Positions 8,006 through 16,255 of a DNA stretch of 64,000 nt are shown here, one piece after another. The position numbers and the translations under genes are program-made. The notes beneath the pieces were generated by a model, which was not told the origin of the DNA, did no database searches, and was given only the letters and a program-made list of their open reading frames with translations. The stretch comes from a virus: the IMG/VR virus record IMGVR_UViG_3300038312_000168, positions 1-64,000 of that record; one strand, written 5' to 3'. Within the stretch, counting starts at the first letter, position 1. The number at the start of each line of letters is the position of its first letter.

Positions 8006-8032
8006 ATTCAATTTTGGTGTTGCTACGAAAGT

Positions 8033-8277
8033 GTTGATTAGTGTTACGGGATAATACTTTTCGCTTTGTGGTTGGATGTGGTTACGTGTGTTGATTTTAG
8101 TATCGTGAGTGTTACCAGAGCCACATAGCGTTGATTTGAGACAGTTTAGTATCAGGATGTAGTTTAGTATAGGGAGAAGGGAGATCGTCGATTAGAAGAA
8201 GCATGTTTCTAAGGGTATTTGGTTGATTGAGTTTTGATTTAGGTTTATTTTGGGAATTGTATAATTGTAGGGTTGAT
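8033..8277. repeat. cluster of GTTGAT(T) iteron-like repeats
   Basis: GTTGAT at 8033, 8090, 8130, 8222, 8272 and TTGATT at 8234; accompanied by GTGTTAC (x2) and GTTTAGTAT (x2) direct repeats; ORF-free region. Confidence 0.6.
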
Positions 8278-8500
8278 AATGTTAAATCATTATGGATAGT
8301 GGAAGTGCTACTGTGGTGTGGTAGTGGTGATTATGAGACATAGAGTCATTAATACTTTAAGGTTAATTTGGGTTTGGAATTGATACTAAAGTAGAATAAC
8401 TATCCTCACCTGTCATTACCCTGAACTCGCTATTCGATTTTCAGCATAATCATTTTTGTTATATATTTCTAACATTGTTCATATTAATCCGATCAATAAA

Positions 8501-8560
8501 TCTATATAGTTCTATAGAATCTATATAGTTCTCTATAGTGCTCTATAGGTCACTATAGTT
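8501..8560. repeat. six tandem ~10-bp units each carrying a CTATAG/CTATATAG palindrome
   Basis: tctatatagt|tctatagaat|ctatatagtt|ctctatagtg|ctctataggt|cactatagtt: helical-phase (10 bp) spacing. Confidence 0.75.
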
Positions 8561-9183
8561 ATTGTTAGGTTATCCCTAACTATCACCATATCACCAAACA
8601 TACATGATATCTCACGATATGTATGTTGCTTATCTATCATGATCTATCATGGTTCGAGTTGCGGTAAATGGATATTCCCCGCAATTATGAGGAGATTAGA
8701 GTATTCGACAAATAGTCGATAATCCTTTGAGTATATCGAATGGATACCGCATAGATACGCAATGACGATACCAACATAGCGTCATTATCGTATCACCCTT
8801 CAGACTGCATAGAAAACAGGGCATAATGAGCAGGGATTAGAACGCTATACAATGAGGGATTGATGATAGACACAAGCAAAAATGAGATCAAGTTAATTCA
8901 GTTTTACTTTTACTCTGTCATACCCATATCACTACCCTATGAGACGTACATAGTGCGTCTACAATGCGCGCACTCACCTAGATGATATGCGAGTATCCCT
9001 ATGCTGATATGTGACAGTATAGGGTTACTGTGTGGCTATGTTGTTACCATCTCATGTATGAGATAGACCACCATTATTCACCAATGTTTGTGACCATGTA
9101 TACCTATGTGCATTGATGAACATATGTGAGCATTGATGTATTGATTCGTACATCTACGAAAAGTAGAGACCGGGGGTGCGGTT

Positions 9184-9217
9184 AGACACCTTCGGTTAAG
9201 TGTCTCAAAAATTTTTT
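9184..9217 (+). terminator. hairpin plus T-run in ORF-free region (terminator-like)
   Basis: AGACAC-cttcggttaa-GTGTCT (9184-9205) followed by caaaaaTTTTTT (T6 at 9212-9217); preceded by a G+C-rich stretch GAGACCGGGGGTGCGG. Confidence 0.3.
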
Positions 9218-9319
9218 ATAAAAAAATAACTAAATCTGGGTAAAAACCCCTAAATAAACCTATTTCTCAAAAAAGAGTTAAAACCCATTACTTCTCTATT
9301 CTTCAAAATTGCAACACTA

Positions 9320-9454
9320 TCAACAATACTCATAACGCTCTGCACATTCTGGATTTGAACACCGATACATCTTCATAATATAAACTTCTGTACCAATTTT
9401 AAACCCTTTCTTACCACAATAAACAATCAATGAACCACAACGTGAGCAATACAC
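9320..9454 (-). CDS. small zinc-ribbon protein (44 aa, below track cutoff)
   Basis: Open frame directly downstream of 9488 gene; CSRC ... CSNPEC cysteine pairs; only a GTG start (9454), SD AGGTGG is ~16 nt upstream, so weak. Confidence 0.3.
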   Translation of the reverse strand: MYCSRCGSLIVYCGKKGFKIGTEVYIMKMYRCSNPECAERYEYC

Positions 9455-9487
9455 TTTCTTAATTGTAACACCACCTGATTATCATTT

Positions 9488-9895
9488 TTAATCCTTTTTT
9501 CTTTCATATACCTCATTGTAACACTTCTCTGCATCATATATGCACTTTACAATAACCTCTTCACTTACTTTAGTATACAACATAACTGACAATAACGAAA
9601 TCAAACCAGGAATAGTAGCAACATACTCATCTTTATCTGCATGATACGCTAAAATGCCCGATTCTGCAAGATCTTGTAATTGTACCCTGAATGGTAGAGT
9701 ATCATTAAAAAAAACACCACATAACAACGTAGTAAAGGCATTATTTCCACGATTGGTAAGAATATACTCATCATTATCAGTTTTGGTCATAAACCCATAA
9801 TCAACAAAGGTGGGAAACATGGCAATTACTTGTTTGGTAAGATGCTCATCTTGGTTTCCTAACTTCACATTCAAAAAATCAATAAACGAAATCAT
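9488..9895 (-). CDS. tandem-repeat winged-helix-like protein, paralog 1 (135 aa)
   Basis: Track start 9916 is GTG; ATG 9895 has SD GGAGAG 8 nt upstream. Clear similarity to 9937..10305 (..PT....M.K.....Y..T..G..AF .. DKDEY..T..G....LS). Confidence 0.6.
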   Translation of the reverse strand: MISFIDFLNVKLGNQDEHLTKQVIAMFPTFVDYGFMTKTDNDEYILTNRGNNAFTTLLCGVFFNDTLPFRVQLQDLAESGILAYHADKDEYVATIPGLISLLSVMLYTKVSEEVIVKCIYDAEKCYNEVYERKKD

Positions 9896-9936
9896 AATCT
9901 TACTCTCCAGTAACACGAATCAACATAATCGTAACA

Positions 9937-10305
9937 CTACACCCAATACTCTTTTATAATCCCTATAATATCCTCATTTGTTATTTCATATTGAATCAAA
10001 TAGGACAATGTAGCATAGATACCTTTATTGGTAATCATATATTCATCTTTATCTCTAAACCGAAGCAATTCACATGATTCAAGCACAGAACCTTGATCAA
10101 CACCAACACAGTCCTTTATTATAAGTCTATGCATCAAATAGAAAAATGCCTCACCGCCCTTTTCTGTAAACATATATTTTCCATCGTTAGCCTTAATCAT
10201 GATTCTATGTTCAGCAAGGGTAGGAAGTAAACTGTTAACTTTACTATGAAATTCATGTTTATCATCCTCAAACTCCGTTTCAATAAACGTCTTAAATGTT
10301 ACCAT
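9937..10305 (-). CDS. tandem-repeat winged-helix-like protein, paralog 2 (122 aa)
   Basis: Track start 10326 is TTG; ATG at 10305. Paralog of 9488..9895. Confidence 0.6.
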   Translation of the reverse strand: MVTFKTFIETEFEDDKHEFHSKVNSLLPTLAEHRIMIKANDGKYMFTEKGGEAFFYLMHRLIIKDCVGVDQGSVLESCELLRFRDKDEYMITNKGIYATLSYLIQYEITNEDIIGIIKEYWV

Positions 10306-10438
10306 AACTAATACTTGTAACCCCAATCTATAAAAAGATTACTATTTGCATCTCTTTATAAAATTTTTTCCAAAAAAATTACAAAACATGGGTAAAAACC
10401 CATAAATTAAGCAATTAACCCAAAAAAAGAAGTAAAAA

Positions 10439-10849
10439 TTACTTACTCCACCATTCTACACAATATTTCCCATCTCTTCTTTCCCACATCGACGGATCAA
10501 ATCTAACCTCACATTTATAATCTTCAGCAAGTCTACAAACCTTATCAAAAACTTCATCAGGTGTAATTTCTCTACCAATCATAGACTGATAAAGAGTATC
10601 ATAATACACCTTATTTTCATTTTTATCAACAAATTCCTGTTTCACTTTCGCAAACCAAACACAATGTTCAGTTAGGTCAAAGTCAGCAGTAGCGTAACAA
10701 TTAACGGAGCGAATATCCTTGAAACACTTTGATAACTGTTCAACGTTCTCAACATACTTATTTAAATCGTTAATTACGTGTTTAACATCATAATTTAATG
10801 ATCCAAGCCCAAATAAAACATCTTTATGCAAAATAATCACCATAACCAT
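10439..10849 (-). CDS. hypothetical protein (136 aa)
   Basis: ORF track, ATG start. Confidence 0.55.
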   Translation of the reverse strand: MVMVIILHKDVLFGLGSLNYDVKHVINDLNKYVENVEQLSKCFKDIRSVNCYATADFDLTEHCVWFAKVKQEFVDKNENKVYYDTLYQSMIGREITPDEVFDKVCRLAEDYKCEVRFDPSMWERRDGKYCVEWWSK

Positions 10850-10953
10850 TCTACAAACAAAAACAACAATGCAACCATTCCATATGATATAAACACCAAA
10901 ATTGCTGTTTTAATAAACAAACTACTATGATACTTAATCCATTCCCAATCCAT
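10837..10953 (-). CDS. hypothetical membrane micro-protein (38 aa, below track cutoff)
   Basis: ATG 10953 to TGA 10837-10839 overlapping the start of the next gene; one hydrophobic helix (AILVFISYGMVALLFLFV). Confidence 0.3.
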   Translation of the reverse strand: MDWEWIKYHSSLFIKTAILVFISYGMVALLFLFVEWLW

Positions 10954-10969
10954 TCTCACTCACTATTTC

Positions 10970-11230
10970 CTACCCCAATCTAACAACATAAAGAACTACA
11001 GAATCATATGCATTATTCATTTCAGTGGCAGAAACCACATGATAACATACATCTTCTACTTTAAACACCGTTGGTAAATCTTTCTCAATTAATTCTTCTC
11101 TAAGTTTTCCCTGAATCCAAAGTGTTTCACCAATTCTAGGAACATACGACATTGCGGTGTAAGGTGTAATACATATCTCTTCCTCTTCGGTAAGATATAT
11201 AATCTCAATGCGTTTAAATTTCCAATCCAT
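10970..11230 (-). CDS. hypothetical protein (86 aa)
   Basis: ORF track, ATG start. Confidence 0.55.
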   Translation of the reverse strand: MDWKFKRIEIIYLTEEEEICITPYTAMSYVPRIGETLWIQGKLREELIEKDLPTVFKVEDVCYHVVSATEMNNAYDSVVLYVVRLG

Positions 11231-11273
11231 TTTTATTCCTCAGTAACACTTTCCTGCACAAACGTAACACTAA

Positions 11274-11498
11274 TCAGAAGCACCACTTTAATCCATCATA
11301 AATCAACAGAATCCCAATCCAAAACGCAATCATTAACCCAAATACTATTAATCCTACAAGGATACCAAATCCAATACTTGTAATCCATGTAATACCTGTC
11401 AATAATCCCACGATAAGTAACATAAAAGAACAAAAGAAAATCCACAACCATCCAAGAAATACACTTAACAAATCAATATTATCTATGTCAAAACGCAT
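11274..11498 (-). CDS. small membrane protein (74 aa)
   Basis: Two to three hydrophobic helices; start abuts stop of upstream gene. Confidence 0.55.
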   Translation of the reverse strand: MRFDIDNIDLLSVFLGWLWIFFCSFMLLIVGLLTGITWITSIGFGILVGLIVFGLMIAFWIGILLIYDGLKWCF

Positions 11499-11786
11499 TT
11501 ATTCCCATCCCATAAGTTTTCTATAATCCTTTTTCAATCTAATAAATTGATGCTTTAATAAACAATACTCACTTTCCAAATCTTTATATTTACGAATCAA
11601 CTTTTTATAATCTGTGTCAATTTCCTCAATCACTTTTAAAGCATCGTCAAGTTCTTTTTCCATAATCAAAACTACACTCTTATAGTAATTTATTCCCATT
11701 CCTAACGTGGTATCGGTTCTCTTAAAATATTCTGCTTCGATTTCTTCATCGGAAAATGATGATAATAATTGTTTGACCATTTTCAT
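11499..11786 (-). CDS. hypothetical coiled-coil protein (95 aa)
   Basis: ORF track; ATGA-type overlap with upstream gene. Confidence 0.55.
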   Translation of the reverse strand: MKMVKQLLSSFSDEEIEAEYFKRTDTTLGMGINYYKSVVLIMEKELDDALKVIEEIDTDYKKLIRKYKDLESEYCLLKHQFIRLKKDYRKLMGWE

Positions 11787-11980
11787 TCACCAACACCCAA
11801 TTCCTCTTCTCGCAAAGACAACATCTTATACTCATTAAACTGTAACTCTTCAAACTGTTCTTTCATTTGTTTGAATTTCATCATAAGTGTATGATGATAT
11901 GTCCATCTATCATCTTTATAACATTCAAAGAATAGTTTGGTGTTGATAACATTACCATCGTTACCAATTACGCATGACAT
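11783..11980 (-). CDS. hypothetical protein (65 aa)
   Basis: ORF track, ATG start overlapped by upstream small ORF. Confidence 0.5.
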   Translation of the reverse strand: MSCVIGNDGNVINTKLFFECYKDDRWTYHHTLMMKFKQMKEQFEELQFNEYKMLSLREEELGVGE

Positions 11981-12111
11981 CTCTTACACCTTACCCCATT
12001 ATCAATATACTCTACAAAATCAGGACAAGTGTAACAATATTCAGACAATACTAATTTATCAAAGAACGGACACTTTACACATTGATATTTCTCAAGAATA
12101 CCATATTCCAT
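11968..12111 (-). CDS. cysteine-rich mini-protein (47 aa, below track cutoff)
   Basis: ATG 12111 preceded by AGGTGGA; CVKC, CYTC, CKRC pairs; stop overlaps next gene. Confidence 0.45.
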   Translation of the reverse strand: MEYGILEKYQCVKCPFFDKLVLSEYCYTCPDFVEYIDNGVRCKRCHA

Positions 12112-12278
12112 TATTCCACCTTCAAAGCCTTACCAAACAATCCCCATGCGAGAGTATTCACAATTACTAACATAGTGGGAACAAACCCATCAACAATACC
12201 AAATAAACACACAAGCGAAGTAAATCCTACTATGAAAAGAAATAAACTAAAGTAATTAAGTTGTAATATGGAAGTCAT
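12111..12278 (-). CDS. small membrane protein (55 aa, below track cutoff)
   Basis: ATG 12278 preceded by GAGGAT; two hydrophobic helices; TAATG stop/start overlap with next ORF. Confidence 0.45.
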   Translation of the reverse strand: MTSILQLNYFSLFLFIVGFTSLVCLFGIVDGFVPTMLVIVNTLAWGLFGKALKVE

Positions 12279-12421
12279 CTCTTATCCTCTAAATGATAAA
12301 ATCCATTTTCTGCAAGTTCACGAATGCGAGAAATATGTAAGAAACAATTAGTGCCACGGCTACAATTTAAAGCCATTTCTTCAAGCATACATAAATCTCT
12401 TACAAGTATTTTCTGGTTCAT
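12275..12421 (-). CDS. hypothetical small protein (48 aa, below track cutoff)
   Basis: ATG 12421 preceded by AGGTGA; ATGA overlap with next ORF. Confidence 0.4.
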   Translation of the reverse strand: MNQKILVRDLCMLEEMALNCSRGTNCFLHISRIRELAENGFYHLEDKR

Positions 12422-12431
12422 TACACTTCAC

Positions 12432-12788
12432 CTAATCCGTAACAATAAGAATCGTTGCAGGGCCTACTTCCGATTTAGTTCCACAACCATGATATTCAGA
12501 ATAAATAAGATGTAACAAATATCTGTCCTCAACACCAACTACGAATGTTTCAACACCCATACGCTTCTTCAATTCTTCAACTAAATCTTTTGTTGGTATT
12601 CCACCAATTTCTTCTTTAATTCTAAATGTTTCAGCAATCTTTAATAGACAATCGATTTCATCGGTAACAAGACAATCAATCTCATCAAACAATTTATTCA
12701 TCTTTTCTTTATGTGTCATTCTCTTCTTACAGTCTACATTAATCTCAACATCGTAATACAGTTTACCGATTGATTTACCATTTTCCAT
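12432..12788 (-). CDS. hypothetical protein (118 aa)
   Basis: Track start 12797 is GTG; ATG 12788 has SD GGAGTG 7 nt upstream. Confidence 0.55.
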   Translation of the reverse strand: MENGKSIGKLYYDVEINVDCKKRMTHKEKMNKLFDEIDCLVTDEIDCLLKIAETFRIKEEIGGIPTKDLVEELKKRMGVETFVVGVEDRYLLHLIYSEYHGCGTKSEVGPATILIVTD

Positions 12789-12800
12789 TTTAATCACTCC

Positions 12801-13316
12801 TTACAGATTCCACAAATTCACATGCCCCACAATTTCTGCATTTTCAAATATAATATCATTTCTATAATTGGTATAATATGTTACTTTACAAGATTTATCA
12901 TACCATCGAATATATACGTTTTCGTTTGATACAATTTCTATTAAACCTCTCATTTCATCACGCTCAATTACATCACCAACGCATAAATCCTTCACGTAGA
13001 CTTTCCTACACGGTTTGATTACAAGAGTCTCCCAATTAATAGGACCATTAAATGTCATTCTATATTTCCCTACATAACACGCAATAATAGGATGAAAAAC
13101 ACCACAGTTATGTGTTTCATCGTGATGATAGTCAACACCCACACTGTCAAGTTCATTATCAAGCAATTTACCATCACTCTTTAATGAAATAATAACTTCT
13201 TCAATCATAGTTTCTAATGAACCTTCGATTGTAATACTATTATCATAGACATATGATAATTTTTTAATAATCGCTTCTAATTCTTGATTTGTAAAGTAAA
13301 TATATTCCGATTTCAT
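12801..13316 (-). CDS. hypothetical protein (171 aa)
   Basis: ORF track, ATG start. Confidence 0.6.
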   Translation of the reverse strand: MKSEYIYFTNQELEAIIKKLSYVYDNSITIEGSLETMIEEVIISLKSDGKLLDNELDSVGVDYHHDETHNCGVFHPIIACYVGKYRMTFNGPINWETLVIKPCRKVYVKDLCVGDVIERDEMRGLIEIVSNENVYIRWYDKSCKVTYYTNYRNDIIFENAEIVGHVNLWNL

Positions 13317-13326
13317 TTTTTACACC

Positions 13327-13590
13327 TCACGAATACCATGTTCCTTCATTTACACCATTGTAAAACTTCATATGATACTGAAATTCCCACATATCAATGT
13401 CAGAATCACCACAGCGAATTTCCTTTGACAATTCATGGAATACTTCATTGAGATCAGAATCATTGTCTGTAGAAAATACACTTAGTTTTCTACCAGAATT
13501 TAATGTGATAACAATTTCATTCTGGAATATTTCTACCAGAGAAATGTTTTCAATGCAAATCAGTTTCCTGTCAGTATATAGGTAGCGCAT
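13327..13590 (-). CDS. hypothetical protein (87 aa)
   Basis: First ATG (13599) abuts GGAGG; ATG 13590 has proper spacing. Confidence 0.5.
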   Translation of the reverse strand: MRYLYTDRKLICIENISLVEIFQNEIVITLNSGRKLSVFSTDNDSDLNEVFHELSKEIRCGDSDIDMWEFQYHMKFYNGVNEGTWYS

Positions 13591-13591
13591 G

Positions 13592-13972
13592 TTAATCATC
13601 CTCCACTACAATTTCAGGTAAGGGTTCATGTCCCGTATCCAAAGGAGTACTGAAGTCTACCGTCCATCCACCTTCAGGAAACCGTTTCCAAGCATAAGCG
13701 TGACGAATAACCTGATGAATATCCCATGCCTCTTGTCCGAGTCCTACAACGTCATTGTATATGCTGTAATATTCATTAGACTCTAATTCTGGGAATATCA
13801 TCTCACGTAGACGGTCAAGATAGAAACGCGCATTATCCTGATTGAACTCATGCTCGAATCTAAATTCATCGGAGATTACATGAAATTGTCCCATACGAAC
13901 ACGCGAGTAAAATTCAAGTGCGTTCATTATTACTTGTGCCTGTTTTTCGTTGAAAGTAAGAGTGAATTTCAT
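13592..13972 (-). CDS. hypothetical protein (126 aa)
   Basis: ATG 13972 overlaps TGA of upstream gene; SD GGTGGTGAG. Confidence 0.55.
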   Translation of the reverse strand: MKFTLTFNEKQAQVIMNALEFYSRVRMGQFHVISDEFRFEHEFNQDNARFYLDRLREMIFPELESNEYYSIYNDVVGLGQEAWDIHQVIRHAYAWKRFPEGGWTVDFSTPLDTGHEPLPEIVVEDD

Positions 13973-14415
13973 CACTCACCACCTTCCACAAACTTCCTTA
14001 CAGGTGTTCTCTTCACTTCCACAAGCGCATACTCTACCACTTCAGCATCTTCGGGATATTCCTGGTAGAGATAAATGGATGTGCGCGTTTTACAATTGTA
14101 ACCAGTTCTCTGTTTAAAATGGTTTTTTATTTGCCATCGTTTCATCCAAATTTTACCATTCTTTACAAAGAGAGGATTCAAACCACCACTTGAGAATAAT
14201 CCATCCTTCTCTACGCGAAATACAGTATCGATTACTTCACGTTCAGTAAGAATTTCAGCAAAGTATTCTGCACCACTAGAAAGTAGTTCAAGTTTCGGAT
14301 CAAAATGACATTGACCCCACACTTTACCTTTACAACCCACTGCATCACAATCAGCGCTCATATTTTCACACGGAATTACATCTTCCATGTTACCAATGAA
14401 ACGATACCTTTTCAT
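13972..14415 (-). CDS. hypothetical protein (147 aa)
   Basis: ATG 14415 preceded by GGTGAAAAGGA; dyad CCTTAC-N17-GTAAGG 10-38 nt upstream. Confidence 0.6.
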   Translation of the reverse strand: MKRYRFIGNMEDVIPCENMSADCDAVGCKGKVWGQCHFDPKLELLSSGAEYFAEILTEREVIDTVFRVEKDGLFSSGGLNPLFVKNGKIWMKRWQIKNHFKQRTGYNCKTRTSIYLYQEYPEDAEVVEYALVEVKRTPVRKFVEGGE

Positions 14416-14540
14416 TCCTTTTCACCTTACAGTATACAGTTACAAGTGTAAGGATAAAAAGGTTACGAAATGAAACACAAAAGAGAAAAAGGGTAAGGAA
14501 GATAATACTAATGAAATACTAATATATTTAAAATTAGTAT

Positions 14541-14681
14541 TTAGATTACTGTAATGGTCACTACAACCTTCTTTCCTTCAAATTCTGAAATAGTATTCTC
14601 AATGAAATCCTCATCAACGCACCACAAATCATATTTGTTGTCGTAAGAAACAACCCCTTCAAGAACAATATCAGTAATCAT
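14541..14681 (-). CDS. hypothetical small protein (46 aa, below track cutoff)
   Basis: ATG 14681 preceded by GGGAGGCG; stop inside a 10-bp inverted repeat (14514-14542). Confidence 0.45.
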   Translation of the reverse strand: MITDIVLEGVVSYDNKYDLWCVDEDFIENTISEFEGKKVVVTITVI

Positions 14682-14684
14682 TGT

Positions 14685-14927
14685 TTACGCCTCCCAAATA
14701 TCAGTAATAACTACCATGTTTTTATAAAGTGCAACTCTACCCTTATTCTTTGTCATGGGGTCATCGGTAGAAACCACTGAAACTGCATATCTCTGTTGTC
14801 CATACCAATCATATGGTTCAATGCCGCATACTTTTCTTACTTTCAGTTCACTACTGTTGCCCGATCTTGAAGCGAGACAAACAATGTCACCCACTTTGAT
14901 TTCTCTGCCTAGAATATCTGTAACCAT
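14685..14927 (-). CDS. hypothetical protein (80 aa)
   Basis: Track start 14936 is GTG; ATG 14927 preceded by GGGATGTGA. Confidence 0.5.
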   Translation of the reverse strand: MVTDILGREIKVGDIVCLASRSGNSSELKVRKVCGIEPYDWYGQQRYAVSVVSTDDPMTKNKGRVALYKNMVVITDIWEA

Positions 14928-14950
14928 GTAAGTCACATCCCAAAAAAGGG

Positions 14951-15319
14951 TTACTCCATCTCCTCTGCAAGTTCAGCCGTTGCAAGTGCAAGCCAATCAA
15001 TGAACTCTTCCCTACACGGACAACCGTAGGTAAGGTTGGTGAAGAAGGTAGTGAATCCTTCAATCGTAATGACAAACGATTCATCACCCTGCTCAACAAG
15101 ATCCATCTCCTCCAGGCGATTCAACATAACCTGCTGTGACTCCTCGCTCTTGAACTCGTCCTCACCCGCACCAAGCATCTGCTTACACAGCACCGCATAG
15201 ATGATTGCCGCGCCCACATCTGTAGGGTAATACTGTCCCGATTCTGTGCGCTCAACGATTCCAATTCCCTCAAGGATGTCGTATCCTTCCTTTACTTCAT
15301 TGCTAACTTCGGGTGTCAT
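14951..15319 (-). CDS. acidic tandem-repeat winged-helix-like protein (122 aa), first gene of minus array
   Basis: Two repeats of the L..G.v...(d/e)..Y..T..G pattern as in 9488/9937 proteins (weaker similarity); ATG 15319. Confidence 0.5.
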   Translation of the reverse strand: MTPEVSNEVKEGYDILEGIGIVERTESGQYYPTDVGAAIIYAVLCKQMLGAGEDEFKSEESQQVMLNRLEEMDLVEQGDESFVITIEGFTTFFTNLTYGCPCREEFIDWLALATAELAEEME

Positions 15320-15499
15320 GTTTCTCTTGCACCGAATATTATGTCTACCCTTCGCTATATATGCGTTGTGTAATGCGTTTGGATTGAAAAACGAGTAAAG
15401 AAAGAAAGTTTGAGTTAATTGTAAGGTAAGTGAGTAGACTAATTTAGATTGTGGTTACTTGTAAGAAAGATGGGTCTATCCCATAAGTCATGTAAGGAC

Positions 15500-15930
15500 A
15501 TCTGCATATATATTATTAATATTATTATTACTGATTCATTACACGTAATAGAATACAAAAATAGATGTGAAATAGAATTACGTGTAAGGAGAAGAGAATA
15601 AATATATATTTACTATCATCATTACTGATTTCTTACTGAAAATAGAATACCACATCGATTTGGAATTAGGTTTGGTATGGGTTTTGGCATAAATATAATA
15701 TTTTATAATATATTTATTACATGATTCTTACATGAATATTATTACCAGTAAGAATATAGTATAATATATTATTATAATATTCTTACAAGAAATAGAATAC
15801 AAAATAGAATATCAGTAAGGATAGTAAGTATAATAATCATTATACTATTTCCTTACACTATTCTTACTGGAAATATAATAGGAATAATGATTTCATAATA
15901 TTTGTACATATATATGTACAAGTGTAAGGA
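15500..15930. repeat. second AT-rich palindrome/iteron block
   Basis: ATTAC-ac-GTAAT (15538-15549), TTAC-gt-GTAA (15578-15587), 18-bp perfect palindrome TGTACATATATATGTACA (15903-15920), many CTTAC/GTAAG half-sites, five ATAGAAT(A/T) direct repeats. Confidence 0.75.
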
Positions 15931-16255
15931 GGAGTATTAATATCATTTTAAAAGGAGCGCGAAGCGCGATTGGCGGTAGTCGAGCGTCTCAACGCGAGCG
16001 TAACCGCTGTGACAAAAAAAAAGAAAAACCGGAAAAAAGAAAATGTAATATTGTGTGGCAACTTGCCCCACGGAGGACCCCTTACCCCTTATATTTGAAA
16101 CTCATAGTATATAAAGGTTTCGGTCCATGTTGATATTTTTGGAGTGTCATATATCTTATTAGATATAAAATATATATATAATTATTACTGATAGTAATAT
16201 TGGTAATGTGTATCATGCATTTTTACCTACATTTTTCATACGTGCCGCACTGGAA

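Noticed and set aside
8501-8560. Possible CRISPR-like array
   Set aside because: The units are only ~10 bp, contiguous and without spacers. No 25-40 nt repeat/spacer periodicity exists anywhere in the window.
14887-15099. 70-aa minus-strand ORF overlapping 14951..15319 and 14685..14927
   Set aside because: It is an alternative frame across two well-supported genes, with Arg/Ser/Leu-rich junk composition.
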